A DNA stretch of 50,639 bases from Acytostelium subglobosum (lineage: Eukaryota), in assembly GCF_000787575.1 (NCBI RefSeq), contig NW_012236509.1, positions 13,362 through 64,000 of the forward strand, written 5' to 3'. Shown piece after piece: positions 11,012-23,300 of this stretch; positions within the stretch are counted from its first letter, which is position 1, and every line of letters starts with the position of its first letter. The notes below the pieces were generated by a model. It was not told the DNA's origin. It saw only the letters and a list, made by a program, of their open reading frames with translations, and did not search any database. The translations under genes were made by a program, and so were the position numbers.

Positions 11012-11734
11012 TCATAATAACGACAACAACAATACCTTTTGAAACAGTAGATTGATGATGTTATCAAATCGTTTGATATCCTCTATTTGCTTGCGAGTAT
11101 AGGTCATCAGCTTTGACTTGTCCTGTTGATTGAGATGTGCTGCCAAAGTGATCTGGTAGCCATCGACAATGTCCCACGTCACAGTTGAGAGCAGCTTCTC
11201 AAAGGCGTGTATCAGATGGAAGAGTGACTGTACCATGCGTGATTCAAACACTGATCTGATGTCTGGAGATTGATATATTGTGCCATTGATTATATAGTAC
11301 AGTGTCTGTACAGAGGCATCAGTGGGCGACACTCTGCTCTGTTTAGCCACTAGAAAGAGCATAGGCTCTTGTGCCATAACCACCTCATACTCTATACCAA
11401 TCATTGTTCTACAATGAAGAAGGACATGTATGGAGTTAGACGGTCTGTTTGTATATGTCTGTCGTCTCAACAACACCAACAATGTGAACAATCATTACTT
11501 TAAAGCTGAAGGATCTAGACGCTGCATTTTAAGTATCTCATTGTTGCACTGCTTATCGTAGAACTGTGACATTGAGAAGTAGAGGAGAACCGTCTGTTTG
11601 TTCAGTGGTATCTGTTGTAGCCACACTGGATCTCTCCACATTATCTGTGTCAGATCCTCCTCGATTCTACTTGATAACAATGTATTACCAGATGCATTGT
11701 CATCAAACAGTGAAGCTGGTGATTCTGTATTCAT
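11012..11734 (-). CDS. med6: Mediator complex subunit 6 (MED6), 2 exons.
   Basis: Exon 1 (11734..about 11508) reads ..[47 protein letters not shown]. Human MED6 has [42 protein letters not shown]. The intron has a GTAATG donor, a CTAAC branch and a TTGTAG acceptor. Exon 2 reads ..[46 protein letters not shown]... Human MED6 has [44 protein letters not shown]. Confidence 0.8.
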
Positions 11735-11966
11735 ATCACTCTATCTCTATATCTCTGTTTCTCTTTTTTTGTTGGTTGTAAACTGTGTACAACATCACAC
11801 CCAACCTTGAACGATAAATTGAACTGGATTCTGATCAAAACCAATAGTTCTGTTGAACTCATTATTTATTATGATGGTTCAATAATGAAATTCCTTTTGG
11901 TTGAATAATTAAATATAAAGTCGGCATCAGAGGATAACAGCACGTACATGAGGAAGTAATAGATGA

Positions 11967-14202
11967 CTAGTCACTCTTGGTAAAGTACTGCAATATGTTA
12001 CGGAATATTGGAGAATAATACCTGGATTTGGCATCGACCACGATGGTGTTGATAGTAAGGTCCATGTCCACTTCAGCATCATCATTTGTGAATATGCACA
12101 GAATTGGGCTTATTGATGGATCGAAAGCTTTGATTGACTCAATGGACTTGAACCATTCTTCGGCAACATCGTCAGTCACGTTTGATGGCTGGGTGGTCGT
12201 GACATCCATCTTCAGCTTTGCTTGGCCTGCGATGAGTGTCCTGTTGTCTGCGTCCTCAAAGAAGAGGAAGAAATCAAATGGTGCTGACTGGGCATTCAGG
12301 TAGACTCTTGTAACAGAGCCGTCTAAGCAGCCCTTTTGATTGAAATACGTCCTATAATCACCTGATGGGAACTTATGATCTAGTTTGATGACTCTCGAGT
12401 CTGGGGACAGTGGCAGCATTAGACGATGCATTCTTGCAGTAATGGAGTTAGATAACCTACCTTGATAGTTGAGAACAATCTTCTTTGTTTGAAAACCTTT
12501 CTCTTCCTTGGTGTAGCGTGAGCTGGGAGTGAACAACTCTGAAAGAGTGACGTTAGGTGTAGATTTGACCACAGAATTGGGATCAGGGGTAGGCAGTCTT
12601 GGGTGCACCCCAATGTTGTACAGATGTGTAAACATGACCAACTTGATTAGTAGTAGTCTTGCACAGAATTTCTCCCAGTTCTGCCAGAAGTTCTCTTCTT
12701 CAAAGCTGTGTAGTAGCTCGAACAATAGGATAAAGGGTGTTTTTTTGAGGGAATGGCTACACCAGTCAACATAGATGAGAGGGAAAGCAACATGTGAGCC
12801 AAGATGAGTAATCATGCCGATATGCTCGAGTTCCTCGAAGGTAGTGCCGTTTGGAATGGGACTGTCCAATTGCCAATTGTCTGGGATCTTGCATGTGACT
12901 GACCAAGCAACGAGGTGTGGGACCATGTGGACACATGAATCGAAGGAGTAGTACTTTTTGATCTCCTTTCGGGTGCTGACCAACAAGTCTCGAAACACTT
13001 CAAAGGAGTTCACCATTGGTGTGCCCTCCATGTCCATTGTGTCCAAGAGGATCTCGATGAGCCTAGGCCAGCCACCGACAAACATCAGCGCATATTTGAA
13101 GGAGTCCAAATGTAGGTAGTCCTTGAACTTTGTTGACCACACAATGGTTCGCACATCGTTTTTTTTTGTTGTGTTGCTGAGTAGAGGGAGATTGATCCTC
13201 TCGTGTTTGAATGATGATGCGGCGAATATCTCCATGAGGGGGGAGTAGATTGTGCCAGCAAAGACAGTGACCAGAAAGATGGTTGGGGAGGCACTCGCCT
13301 GGAATGTTCCAACGATGTGTGTCAGGATCTTCAGTAGCTGTTTTTTGGGATCTTTAGACTCTGTGAGAAGTTTCTGAAATTCGTCGACACCAAGGTACAC
13401 TGCAATGAACTTCTTCTTCTCTTCCTGTCTGATGCACTCCAAGGCTGTGCTTAGGGGTATCGCCATGTTCGGGAATTGTCTGCGCCAATCACTCAGCAAT
13501 ACAAAGTAGTCCACGCTTAGACTGAGATATGAATATAGGATGCGCATTGAGAGCGCAGTTGAGATGAGATCTTGGGGCTGGATTGTGTTGGAGAACTCTA
13601 CTTCAAAGGAGGTGCCATTGCCAAATGAAATGTGAAGGTCAACATGATCAGGACACACAGAGTCCATTGTCGAGCTGATACGCTTTGGGAATTCTCGCAG
13701 TAGTCTTGTCTTTCCTATTCCTGGTGCACCTGCAGCCACCAATATAGGGTGTGACTTCTGGTCGGTCGAATGTCTGTTCTTCCATCGTCTGACAGTTGCA
13801 TCGCTGATTGCATCCAAAGCAGTATCCCGACCAACAAAGGGAAAGTTAGCCCCATACGTAGACATGTAGTTCTGTTTCTTTGGACCTGGTTTGCCAAAGA
13901 CCTTTAACCATTCTAGCAGGCCATCTATTGTACTGACATTGTATGTAGCTGTAGAGAACATTAGTATTATACAGAAACATTATTAACTTTATTTGTACTT
14001 ACGAGTTTGGCCTCCTTGAGTGTGTATGTTAGGATTGAATGAAGTGATTGCGCCGATATTGTTTGTACTTACTTGATTGGGAAGGATTGGTTAGTTCATT
14101 GAGTATCTTCTTCTGGGCATCATCGAATTGTGACTGATCTATGAGCTTCTTGTCGAGCAAATCCCTCAAGGTTTGCAAGCGTTTGGTTGGGCTGTCTGAC
14201 AT
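11967..14202 (-). CDS. P-loop NTPase (STAND/AAA-like). It has an N-terminal helical SHOCT-like motif encoded by a separate 5' exon.
   Basis: The main exon 13961..11967 carries the Walker A motif AAGAPGIGKTRLLREF and a Walker B-like KKKFIAVYLGVDEFQKL. An upstream exon starting at the ATG at 14202 reads MSDSPTKRLQTLRDLLDKKLIDQSQFDDAQKKILNELTNPSQS. It is followed by a GTAAGT intron. A possible 12-nt micro-exon (gaggccaaactc) is flanked by a second GTAAGT donor. An acceptor CTCTACAG joins into ..TYNVSTIDGLLEWLKVFGKP... The exact 5' structure is uncertain. Confidence 0.6.
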
Positions 14203-14469
14203 ACTTTTGTTATCTTAAGATAGATAAGTGAAGAGATAAAAAGAATTGTGTTGAATGAAGAAGTGAAGTTGGTGAGTGTGTATATGAAGAAGAAAGGTGT
14301 GGCTCCGATCAAGATGAATGGCAACAACACAAGAGCAGACATCGAAAGGAATGCACAGCGAGAAAGCAACACACTAAAGAGATATGGTGCCAATGCCAGT
14401 ATAGAGGTCGTGCTTGACTATGGCAACCGTCAGTTACCACAGTAAACTTGCCTGACCAGTAGGTCAGAT

Positions 14470-15000
14470 TTTGAAACAGACACTCGTCAACGATGCTGAT
14501 GCTCTAATAGAAGGTATGGATGGAGTAATCAACATGGAAATTAACAAGGAGCACTCAATCTATTCATGTCTTACAACAAGGACCATTGATGTTTGCTATT
14601 GATGGTGGACCGTTATACAAGTATGATGTGTGCAAGTTGTATGCTTCTATCATGAAGGACAAGAACTTCCTAGTCTCAATCAAACGAGGTAATTCATCAT
14701 CATCAGTTGACTGACGCCGAACTTAGCGCTATGCAGTTTACATATGGCATACAGAGCATCAAAGGCATACAGGATCAACAACAAAACTACTACACTAACT
14801 ACGACCTGATGTTTGTCAAGGACTGACATTCAACTTGAGGACGGACAACAATCCCAATGCACTGATATATGACTCAAAGAGTAGGATCAATGGCTCTGTC
14901 CTGTTTGCCAAGTACATTGATCAGGTGCTTGAGTGGATCAAAGCAGGGACTTCAACCCCAGCGTTGACTGGGCGATGATATCAATCAACCAATCATCCCA
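14470..15000 (+). pseudogene. Decayed fragment of a family-B DNA polymerase palm domain. It is a possible relic of a protein-primed polB from a Maverick/Polinton-like element or a linear mitochondrial-plasmid insertion.
   Basis: Motifs occur in the canonical order across shifted frames with stops. A motif-A-like GGPLYKYDVCKLYASIMKDKNFLVSI compares with GG..LDFNSLYPSII..N..TT. A motif-B-like QFTYGIQSIKG compares with NSxYGxxG. A motif-C-like LIYDSKS compares with YGDTDS. A KxY-like LFAKYIDQVLEW follows. No intact ORF of 60 aa or more exists in this stretch. Confidence 0.35.
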
Positions 15001-15512
15001 ATCATTCAAACCAACCAATCCCAATTCACTTTGGATACCACCCATTTATTATTATTTTTTACAATCGCAAGCGAACTGTTGAATGAATAAAAACATCCAC
15101 TTGTTCAACTCACTTCAACAGTCAATTCTTATTTAGTTATATATAAAACATATAGAATACATTAATGTCATTTTTTGCAGATATCCCTAGAGTTGGGGAC
15201 GATATGGACTGCGAGGGTGGTGTGTGAGCCAAGCCCACCTCCACTCCCTCCAGCACCAAGTGCATCAACAACAACGAAGGCGATGAGGAGACATCATTGC
15301 TAGTAGATAACGACGAGAGCGGCTGCTGCTCGACCAATGCCGTAGCAGAGGAGGACGAGAAGCGTCGCCTTGCTGCCCCAAAGGACAAGAAGCCCTTGTA
15401 CGTTGCCATTCTATCAATCATTATCTCTATTCCAGCCTTGGTTGGCAGTTGATGTTGGCCCCTGCTGCTGGCATCGATCTTTGGTATCGCTGCCTCCCAA
15501 GGCTCCGTCGCA

Positions 15513-16055
15513 ATGGCTCACGCCATCTCTTTTGCCGTATCCCTGACCATCCTCAGTAACCTCGCCCAGTACCACTACCACAAGTGCTGCAGCCGTCGCA
15601 GCGACAAGGGTCACTGGCACAAGTATGGTCCCTTCTATCTCACTCTGGCAGCCGTCCCTCTCGCTACCATCGATCTTCTCCGTCACATCCTCGTCGACAA
15701 TGGTATCTGGACGCCAAATTCCTGGTGGAACCCCTCTGCCTACCGTCCCAACTGTCACCATGCTGACATTGTCTGTCTGACTCCAACTGGTTGGTTCTTT
15801 GTTATATTCTGCACCTACTCTGGCTACATCCTGTTGATGTGGGGTACAATTTGGTGCGCAGATTTACGTAAGGATAAATCATTCAATCAATCAAATCGGT
15901 GATGGTAATACTGACTCTCACTCACTCAATCAATCAGATCTTAAGATCAGACACGTCTGGAGACAACTACGACCGAATGAAAGTGAGAAGACCGCTGAAG
16001 TTGCTGAACAGACCACTGACACCGCAAAGGTCAGTGATAACTGAACAACAACAAT
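15513..16055 (+). CDS. Small multi-pass (about 4 TM) membrane protein with a Cys-rich loop. 2 exons, with an uncertain 5' end.
   Basis: ORF 15513..15902 has hydrophobic segments FAVSLTILSNLAQYHY, YLTLAAVPLATIDLL and GWFFVIFCTYSGYILLMWGTIW. A GTAAGG donor follows ..WCADL and an acceptor sits at ..caatcag. The tail reads ..SEKTAEVAEQTTDTAKVSDN. The minus-strand ORFs 15137-15761 over the same DNA look like antisense artefacts. Confidence 0.35.
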
Positions 16056-17123
16056 ACCAGCACCATCCACACGTTGTTGCCATGTGTTAACAAGTTGTTG
16101 ATAGATGTGTTCTAGTCTCACAAATATGGGTTTCGAATGGATAGTCCTATCTCTCTTTAGCAGCGCTCGCATTAGGTAATACCAATCAACGGCAGATTGG
16201 CAATTACAATGCAGCACATACTTGGGAAACAGAGAGATAACAAGGATTATTCCATTATTTTGATTAACAAGTCGCCCGATTCAATAGTGATGATTCCTAT
16301 GAGGCACAAACCATACACGGTCGCCCATAGGATGATGTTTATTGATCTGGAACTTGCCCTTACACGTAAGACCAAGCAACTCACTTCCAACCAAACCACT
16401 GCACAACAATGTCAACTCCCTCCATCCATCCAATCATTCATTCAATAAACATGAACTTTGAGTGTAACGTGACGTCAAGTTCTGCGTATCTCGTTTTTGA
16501 CTTGAAGCGAAGACCACATTCCATGCACACATGCACATAGTATGAATTCAAAGTTCAGTCGATGCACAAACCATTCGACATTATGATCTAAAGGTAAGTG
16601 ATATAAATCTCATAAATACACAACAACAACAATCTGCCCATCAATATATATTATACACCCTCTCAATGATGAACCATTTCTGTATTAGGCTCCACTGGAG
16701 ATTAATTGAACCTTCTTCTCCTTTGGTATTCCAAATGATTTACATTACTTCTTTAGAAGACGTCTGACTATTTCACATCACAATCCTTCATATGAACCTC
16801 CTATATATCTCCTGCTGCTTTCAACGTATTCTAACATCATTACCTTTCTCTTTACAGCTCCTGACTGACTGACTGACTGATTGATTGTTTGTCCTTTCTT
16901 TACATGCCATCCATTATAACATTATCATAAATAAACATCAATCAACTATTCTATTAGACCTTTTGTTTGTGGGTGTCATTTTTGTTGCTGCTGTTACTGA
17001 TTCCTAATGCATCATCATAGAGTTGATCAGGCCGAGATAAACAGTGTATGTTCGATGAGTCTATCTTAGATTTATTTGCTATTATTACAAATCGTCATTG
17101 TTAATGATGTGCACCGCTTGTCG

Positions 17124-17714
17124 TCTATAGTTTAAAGTCTTTGATGTAGTTGCCAATTGTGATGCCCTAATGAAGATGAATACAAAGGGAGAGGTAGAGG
17201 TACGAGATAGAGAGTGAGAGGAAGGAAGCATAGTACGAGATCAAGTGTTAGTGATTGACAGTACCACCATAGAGCGCACACAGAGAAACAGAGATACATA
17301 CCTTGGCAACGTCAGCAGCAGTCTCACCATCGATCGATGGAATCGTTTTATCTGCGCCATTCTCCAACAGTATCTGACAGATGTTCTTGTGACCAAACCT
17401 AGTGAGAGATGACGATGATGATGATGAGTCAGTTATTAGATACATAGGTTGTGTCAATAATGACTTGAGATCGATCCACATTACATTGCAGCCATATGAA
17501 GTGGGGTATATCCAGTTCTGTCCTTGTAGTTTACAACTGATGGACCCTCCTTTGACAACTAATAGTAGGTGATTGTTTGATTGATGATGAGTTAACACAA
17601 CTTTGTTTGAGTTCAGCATCAGCCTCAGCAGCAGCAGTGACATCATACTCTCCTGACAGCCTCCTCATCACCTGACTTGGCAGCGTCTCTCAACTTTGGA
17701 CCGTTCTCTGACAT
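17124..17714 (-). CDS. Small ankyrin-repeat protein of about 93 aa, encoded by 4 micro-exons that the ORF track does not show.
   Basis: Hand splicing gives MSENGPKLRDAAKSGDEEAVRR | LSKEGPSVVNYKDRTGYTPLHMAAM | FGHKNICQILLENGADKTIPSIDGETAADVAK | GITIGNYIKDFKL. The donors are GTATGA, GTAATG and GTATGT. The acceptors are TATTAG, CACTAG and CATTAG. The last intron has a CACTAAC branch. The spliced product contains a canonical ANK repeat (TPLHMAAMFGHKNICQILLENGAD). Confidence 0.5.
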
Positions 17715-19053
17715 GATGTGAAATATTAATATTTATATTTATATGTTGGGATGTGTGAGTAATAATGGTGGCGATCGTGCTTCACAGGCAGATCTTTCTT
17801 CAGAATTTGAAATACACTTTATTATTTCATTGTATTAATAGGAAGAGTTCCTATACTCTCAACAACAAGTTTACTCATACAAACTAATAATAGTCATACA
17901 AACATATAATATTAACACAACCTTACGATTCTAGTGCCAAATAGTAATAGTACTAGTAGTTAATACTAAAATATATCAATGTGAACATCGATGATAGACT
18001 CACCTACTCTCAAACTTAGTGAGATAGATTGATTGATTAATGGAGATAGATTAATGGAGATAGATTATGGTGATTAGATTAATAGATCGAAGTTCAAAAC
18101 ACTTCTATGATTTGATTGATTGGAAGATGGTTGATCTGTGAAGGTGTCCCTTGGTTGGTTGGTTGGTTGGTTGGGCAGATCATAATCAACTAAAAATCTA
18201 TTCATATGGGATATCAAATGTATTTGATGACATCACTACTATCATCACAGATGTGATTAACAGATCATTATAACTACTCCTTACAACAGAGACCATACTT
18301 TTGACCTTTTATGGCTAAGTAAACTGAACCAGTCGAAGGTTTGGTTGACATCTGGTTTTGTTGGTGATTACCATCAAAAAGGCATTCAAAGTGATCAAAA
18401 ATCACCCCCTACTTTCTATCTCTATCTGTTCATACACACCCAAAAAATTGATTGATTGTTTGATTGATTGAGTGGTGAACACCACACCAACACTGTTTAC
18501 AACAAATCAACCATATGTTTTGAATAAACAAATACTTTGACCAATGGAAGGTCATACAAAAGAAAAAAAACACAATCACATTTAATAGCCAAACCCATCA
18601 CATATATTACATTAATTAATGTGATATATACTACATTAGGTTAATGACCTTTCGTGTAGCATTGATCAATCATCACACCCACCCATCATTGTGCCTCGTT
18701 ATATATCGAACGGACCAACCAAATTGCCTCTTTAATATAATTTGATAAAGAGTGATATCACATCAAGGGGTGTATCCTTGTCACTGTCACTTCCTTTTAA
18801 AGGTAAAGCATGGCCCACCCAACAGTGGTTGGATCATAATCCATGCCATGGAGATCCAACATATGTAGACCTTAGGGGGAGGTCTAAATCACATATACAG
18901 TCTATCTATCACTATAAATACAATGACTTTAAAGTCATTGTTATATCATCAAATCAAATACATCATCATCAAATATATAATAATACTTGACTGACCTGAT
19001 CAATAATATTTTTATTTATTTATTTAATTAATTAATACACCCACACACAAACA

Positions 19054-20034
19054 ATGAACACTAACAACCAAGATTCAATGTCATATGCCTTGCGCAGAAT
19101 TGATAATGTAAGTTACCCAAATACACATATTTTATAGATCACATACTAATATTATAAACTTAAATAGATTTCCAGACATTTGGGCGCAAGCTTTATTAAT
19201 GAGCAAGTGTCAACTTCAGAGTTGGAGGCCAATCCAGTGGTTGGCAAGGTGGATATGGTTGATCAGTTGAAGCCAAGCATCAAGCCAATTCGCTACAGAG
19301 AGTTCAAGGATGACTTCCCAGTTGCCTTGAAGACCTGTCTCTCAAAGACTTTTGAGCAATCATTCGATCAACCATCCAACCAGATGAACCTTCTCAAGCC
19401 TTTGGCCAAGACTATCATGTTTGATCTCTACTCCAAGAAGTTGGCCGGCCACTTCTCACAGAAGCAATCCTTTGCCAGAGCTTACTGCATTGGCACCAAG
19501 GCCCTCTACTCAAAGCATGCCGTCAACACAATGATGCAATGCAACAACATGGTCGGTGGCAACCACTTTGACCTGATCTACAGTGACACCACTGCCGAGA
19601 TGATCCAATTCTACACTCTTGCCATGCAGCAGCCAAACAACAGACAGACCCCAACCATGGTCAACAACAACCAGAACCCAAGAGAGCTCTTCTTCAACCT
19701 CAAGCAACTCGCCAACTTGTTCAATGTCCGTGACATTGAGAAGACCAACGAGCTTAGAACCCGCACCAAGTATGGACCAATGGCCGCCGCCATCGCCCAT
19801 CTCGAGTCCAAGATGCTCAATGATGTGATCCAGGACGACATGGTGAACTACCATCCATTGAGAAGTTTGATCATCTTGGACAGCCTCGTCAAGATTCAAG
19901 ATGACATTGCCTGGATCGTCTCCAAGGGAATCATCTCGCCAGAGTTTGCCGCTGCAGTACCATTCTTGGTCAATGAAGTTTGCTCCAGTTTGGTTCCACA
20001 CGCAGCCAAGATCTTCAAGTCACTCGACTGTTAA
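19054..20034 (+). CDS. Hypothetical protein of about 310 aa with no family recognised. 2 exons.
   Basis: Exon 1 (19054..19107) reads MNTNNQDSMSYALRRIDN. The intron has a GTAAGT donor, a TACTAAT branch and a TAAATAG acceptor. Exon 2 reads ISRHLGASFINEQ... and runs to the stop at 20034. The minus-strand ORFs 19510-20001 are antisense. Confidence 0.55.
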
Positions 20035-20343
20035 ATAACCGAACCGATAATAATTATAATACCGAACGATTCACATACCAGTTTAAATTAACTGGCGACA
20101 ATTAATAAAACCAAACCGAATTATTTATTACAACAATATTATTTGTTTATTTTTTTTTCAAAAATCACTCAAAAAATCAAGTGAATGAAATTTCCAACAG
20201 AGATCAGAGGTCCATCTTGAATCTAGAACAAATGATCCTGGTCGTCTCAACACTGTTGATGAGGATACACAATCATAATCAGATTCTTTTATAACATTTA
20301 TTAATATACATATATATATATATAACAAAGTAGCAAAGCCCCG

Positions 20344-23300
20344 ATGGATCATTTAGATCCATATGCATATTATAGCCTTGTGCTAACAATATCTGCATGG
20401 GACTCAAAGCAGGTGGTCAATGTAGACTCTCGTGTTATCATTGGCAACATCACTATATTCGATCAGCAAACGGGAAAGAGCATAAAGATATCGGACCTAC
20501 AAGGTTATGCGTTGTTTAGACCACTCATAACAACATCTACAAATAACAACAATAGTAACACATCATCATCGTCAACAATCAATCATGGTGGTGTTGTATC
20601 AAAGAAGGAGATCAGGCTCTCAAACGATCAGACCATTCAGACTTATAGTATAAAGAGTGGCACTCAGTTGGAGCTGAGACAGGTCGATATGCAGGCCAAC
20701 AACAATAACAACAACTATCACCATCCAAGATGGTACTACAAGACAATCGTACCTTCGAACCAATTGGAGTCACTACTACTTCTAAAGGACAACAACAACA
20801 ACAACAACAACAACACACCTGCTACAACATCACCATCATCAGTATTATCATCACCGACACCGTCACCATCAACATCATCATCTCATTTCAGTAACAGCAA
20901 TTGTATTGGAGGACATGCACTGCTCGGAGGTGAGGACCAATCTACCACACCTGTCTCCAACTCGTGGCAAGCACCATCCACTCGAGGTGTGATCGACATC
21001 ATCGACAATATCAAGTCAAACAAGTTGGTCACCATTGAATCACCAAAGAAGCCATCGTCTGCCCTTGCCTGGCAACAACAACAGCAAACCAAGCTGAGAC
21101 ATTCATCATCGTCCTCATCACCATCACCACTTACAACATCCCCACACAACAAACGAGTACTGGATGTTATCGAATGCATAGAGAGTCAGCTACCAATGAT
21201 CAAGATGCTAGATAATGTATCACCATCTGTGGATGATGCCGACCGGTGGGAGGCACGCATCAACTCGTCCGATGATCTCTCCACAAAGAGACTGGCAATG
21301 GATGACTCGCTGGGACAAGAGGCCGTCAAGCAAGAGTACATTGAATTCTCCTTGCGCTTTGAGCAACGTACCTCTCTCTTGTTGGGCGTCAGCAACTTCC
21401 TGTCAGTGTGGATCGAGCCAATCCAATCATTCTTCACACTCTGTTTCAGCCGTAATGCCACCGTTCACGATGCCATCTACTTTGTTGTACAATACATCTA
21501 CCCTACTTGCAGACGCGTACAGTCCTCTGGTGAGGGTGCTTCACTCATCACCAGCAATGACCCACAACAGGAATCCTTTGTCAACATGGTCGATGGCTTT
21601 GGACTATACCTTCAAGAGTCAGACACAATGCTACTGCCCCTTCAACACAAACAGTTGTTGACCAGTTGCAAGGTCAACAATCACAACAGTGGCAATAGCA
21701 GGAACATAGAGTCCGTCTTTATATTCAAGGCCAAGAAGCAGCAACAACAACAGAGACCAAGGGCCAGAAAGCAGCTCTCTACATCAGGCATCTTTTCGTT
21801 GGATGAGGACGAGCTTGTGAGTCCTTCAGAGCAGGAGCACTGTCAAGATGAGGGCTACAACTTGACGGTGCTATTCCCCTCACACCAGACCTATCGTCAG
21901 TTCCACTTCAATCCCAACCGCACAGTCAATCAAATCATCCAGTCCATAGTCAGTGCCACATCAACACACAATCAACAACAGCAGCCACCCGACCTGATGC
22001 GATCTGGATCATTCGATATTACCTCGACCTCTCCAACCCAAACATCCAGCACACCTTCGAACCGTCTGTCACGTGCCATGCCACCTCTGACACCAGAGCA
22101 GAGCAGCATATCCTTCTTTAGCGAGCGTGGACATACCATATTCGAGAGCGCACACGAAGCAGGCCACTTTTGTCTCTACTATCAAAAGTGTGGATCAGGA
22201 GTTTGGATGGAAGGACATCGTACCTTGGCATCGTACAATCTTCCCAACGAGGTATAGTATACCCAGAACCATGACCCACCCAATGTCCTACACTATACTG
22301 ACACTTACCTCCTCATCCAACAAACAGGCAGTTGTTGAGTTTAAACCACCTCCAATGGTTTGTAAACTCGCATTGATTGAGGGTTGCAGGAACACGATAA
22401 AGCTGTATCACAACATGCAGACCTTCATCGTTGTCTATGGCAACTACACAAAGATCGCTGATCTCAAGCATCTATTGGCCGAGCACTGTCAAGAGGAGGA
22501 CGCTGACAACAACGAACAATCAAATGCTACGTTTGAGTTGTTTTTAGTCAAGAGCGGTGTATCAATATCACTTAGTAATGTTGAGTCTTTCCATCATCTC
22601 GACATTGAGACCAATGTATGTATTCAGTTTCCTTGTCGTCTTGGATCGTTAATCTAACCCTCAGGTTTACCACCTATTAGGATATACTGGAGTACAAGTT
22701 GTCAGTCAGCCAAACACCAATCATCAAGGACATATTGATGGACATATCTGGTGGTAAATCACCAACACTCATACCAGGTGAACATATCATTCTCAAGAGA
22801 AATGGTGATCGATTGGTGATGGGTCAGCTCAAGAAGGGTACTTTGTTCCTTACCAACTACCGTCTGATATTCAACGCATACAACAGGTCGTCCTACGACG
22901 ACTTTGGTACGAAGGATGATTGCGACATCCCAATCGCTACCATTCAACGCATTAAGCACATCAGCAACAGCATGCAAACTGAGATCACTTGCAAGGACTT
23001 CCGCGTTTGCTCATTCACCACTGGTGATCCAGTCATATGGGAGGGTATCAAGGACTACCTGGAGAGCAGCGACATTGACAAGGTATTTGCTTTTGCCAAT
23101 GCCGAGTCATATGATCCCTCAATGTAAGTTTGCTACATCACTTACTACAACAACATACACTAAAAATCAACATTACTATAGGGATATAGCATACAACGTG
23201 GAAGAGGAGTTTATTCGTCAAGGATTCCCTCCAAAGGAGTGGAGGATCACCTATGCCAATAAGGACTATAAGTTGTGTCCAACCTATCCATCACTGTTCA

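Noticed and set aside
15137-15761. Minus-strand ORFs of 94 and 115 aa (GRGVPPGIW.., Ala/Val/Gly-rich).
   Set aside because: They overlap the plus-strand 4-TM protein ORF, which has coherent hydrophobic segments. The minus-strand products look like antisense translations of GC-rich codons. Confidence in either strand is low.
18590-18650. An imperfect palindrome, about 14 bp per arm, centred on TTAATTAA (cacatatattacattaat/attaatgtgatatata).
   Set aside because: The sequence is AT-rich and short. Such palindromes are expected by chance in AT-rich spacers, and nothing suggests TIRs or a hairpin RNA.
19510-20001. Minus-strand ORFs of 163 and 76 aa inside the 19054..20034 gene.
   Set aside because: They are antisense or alternate-frame artefacts of a real plus-strand CDS. 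They are Gly/Val/Asp-rich with no motifs. Their start codons are not validated, since the track uses bacterial alternative starts.
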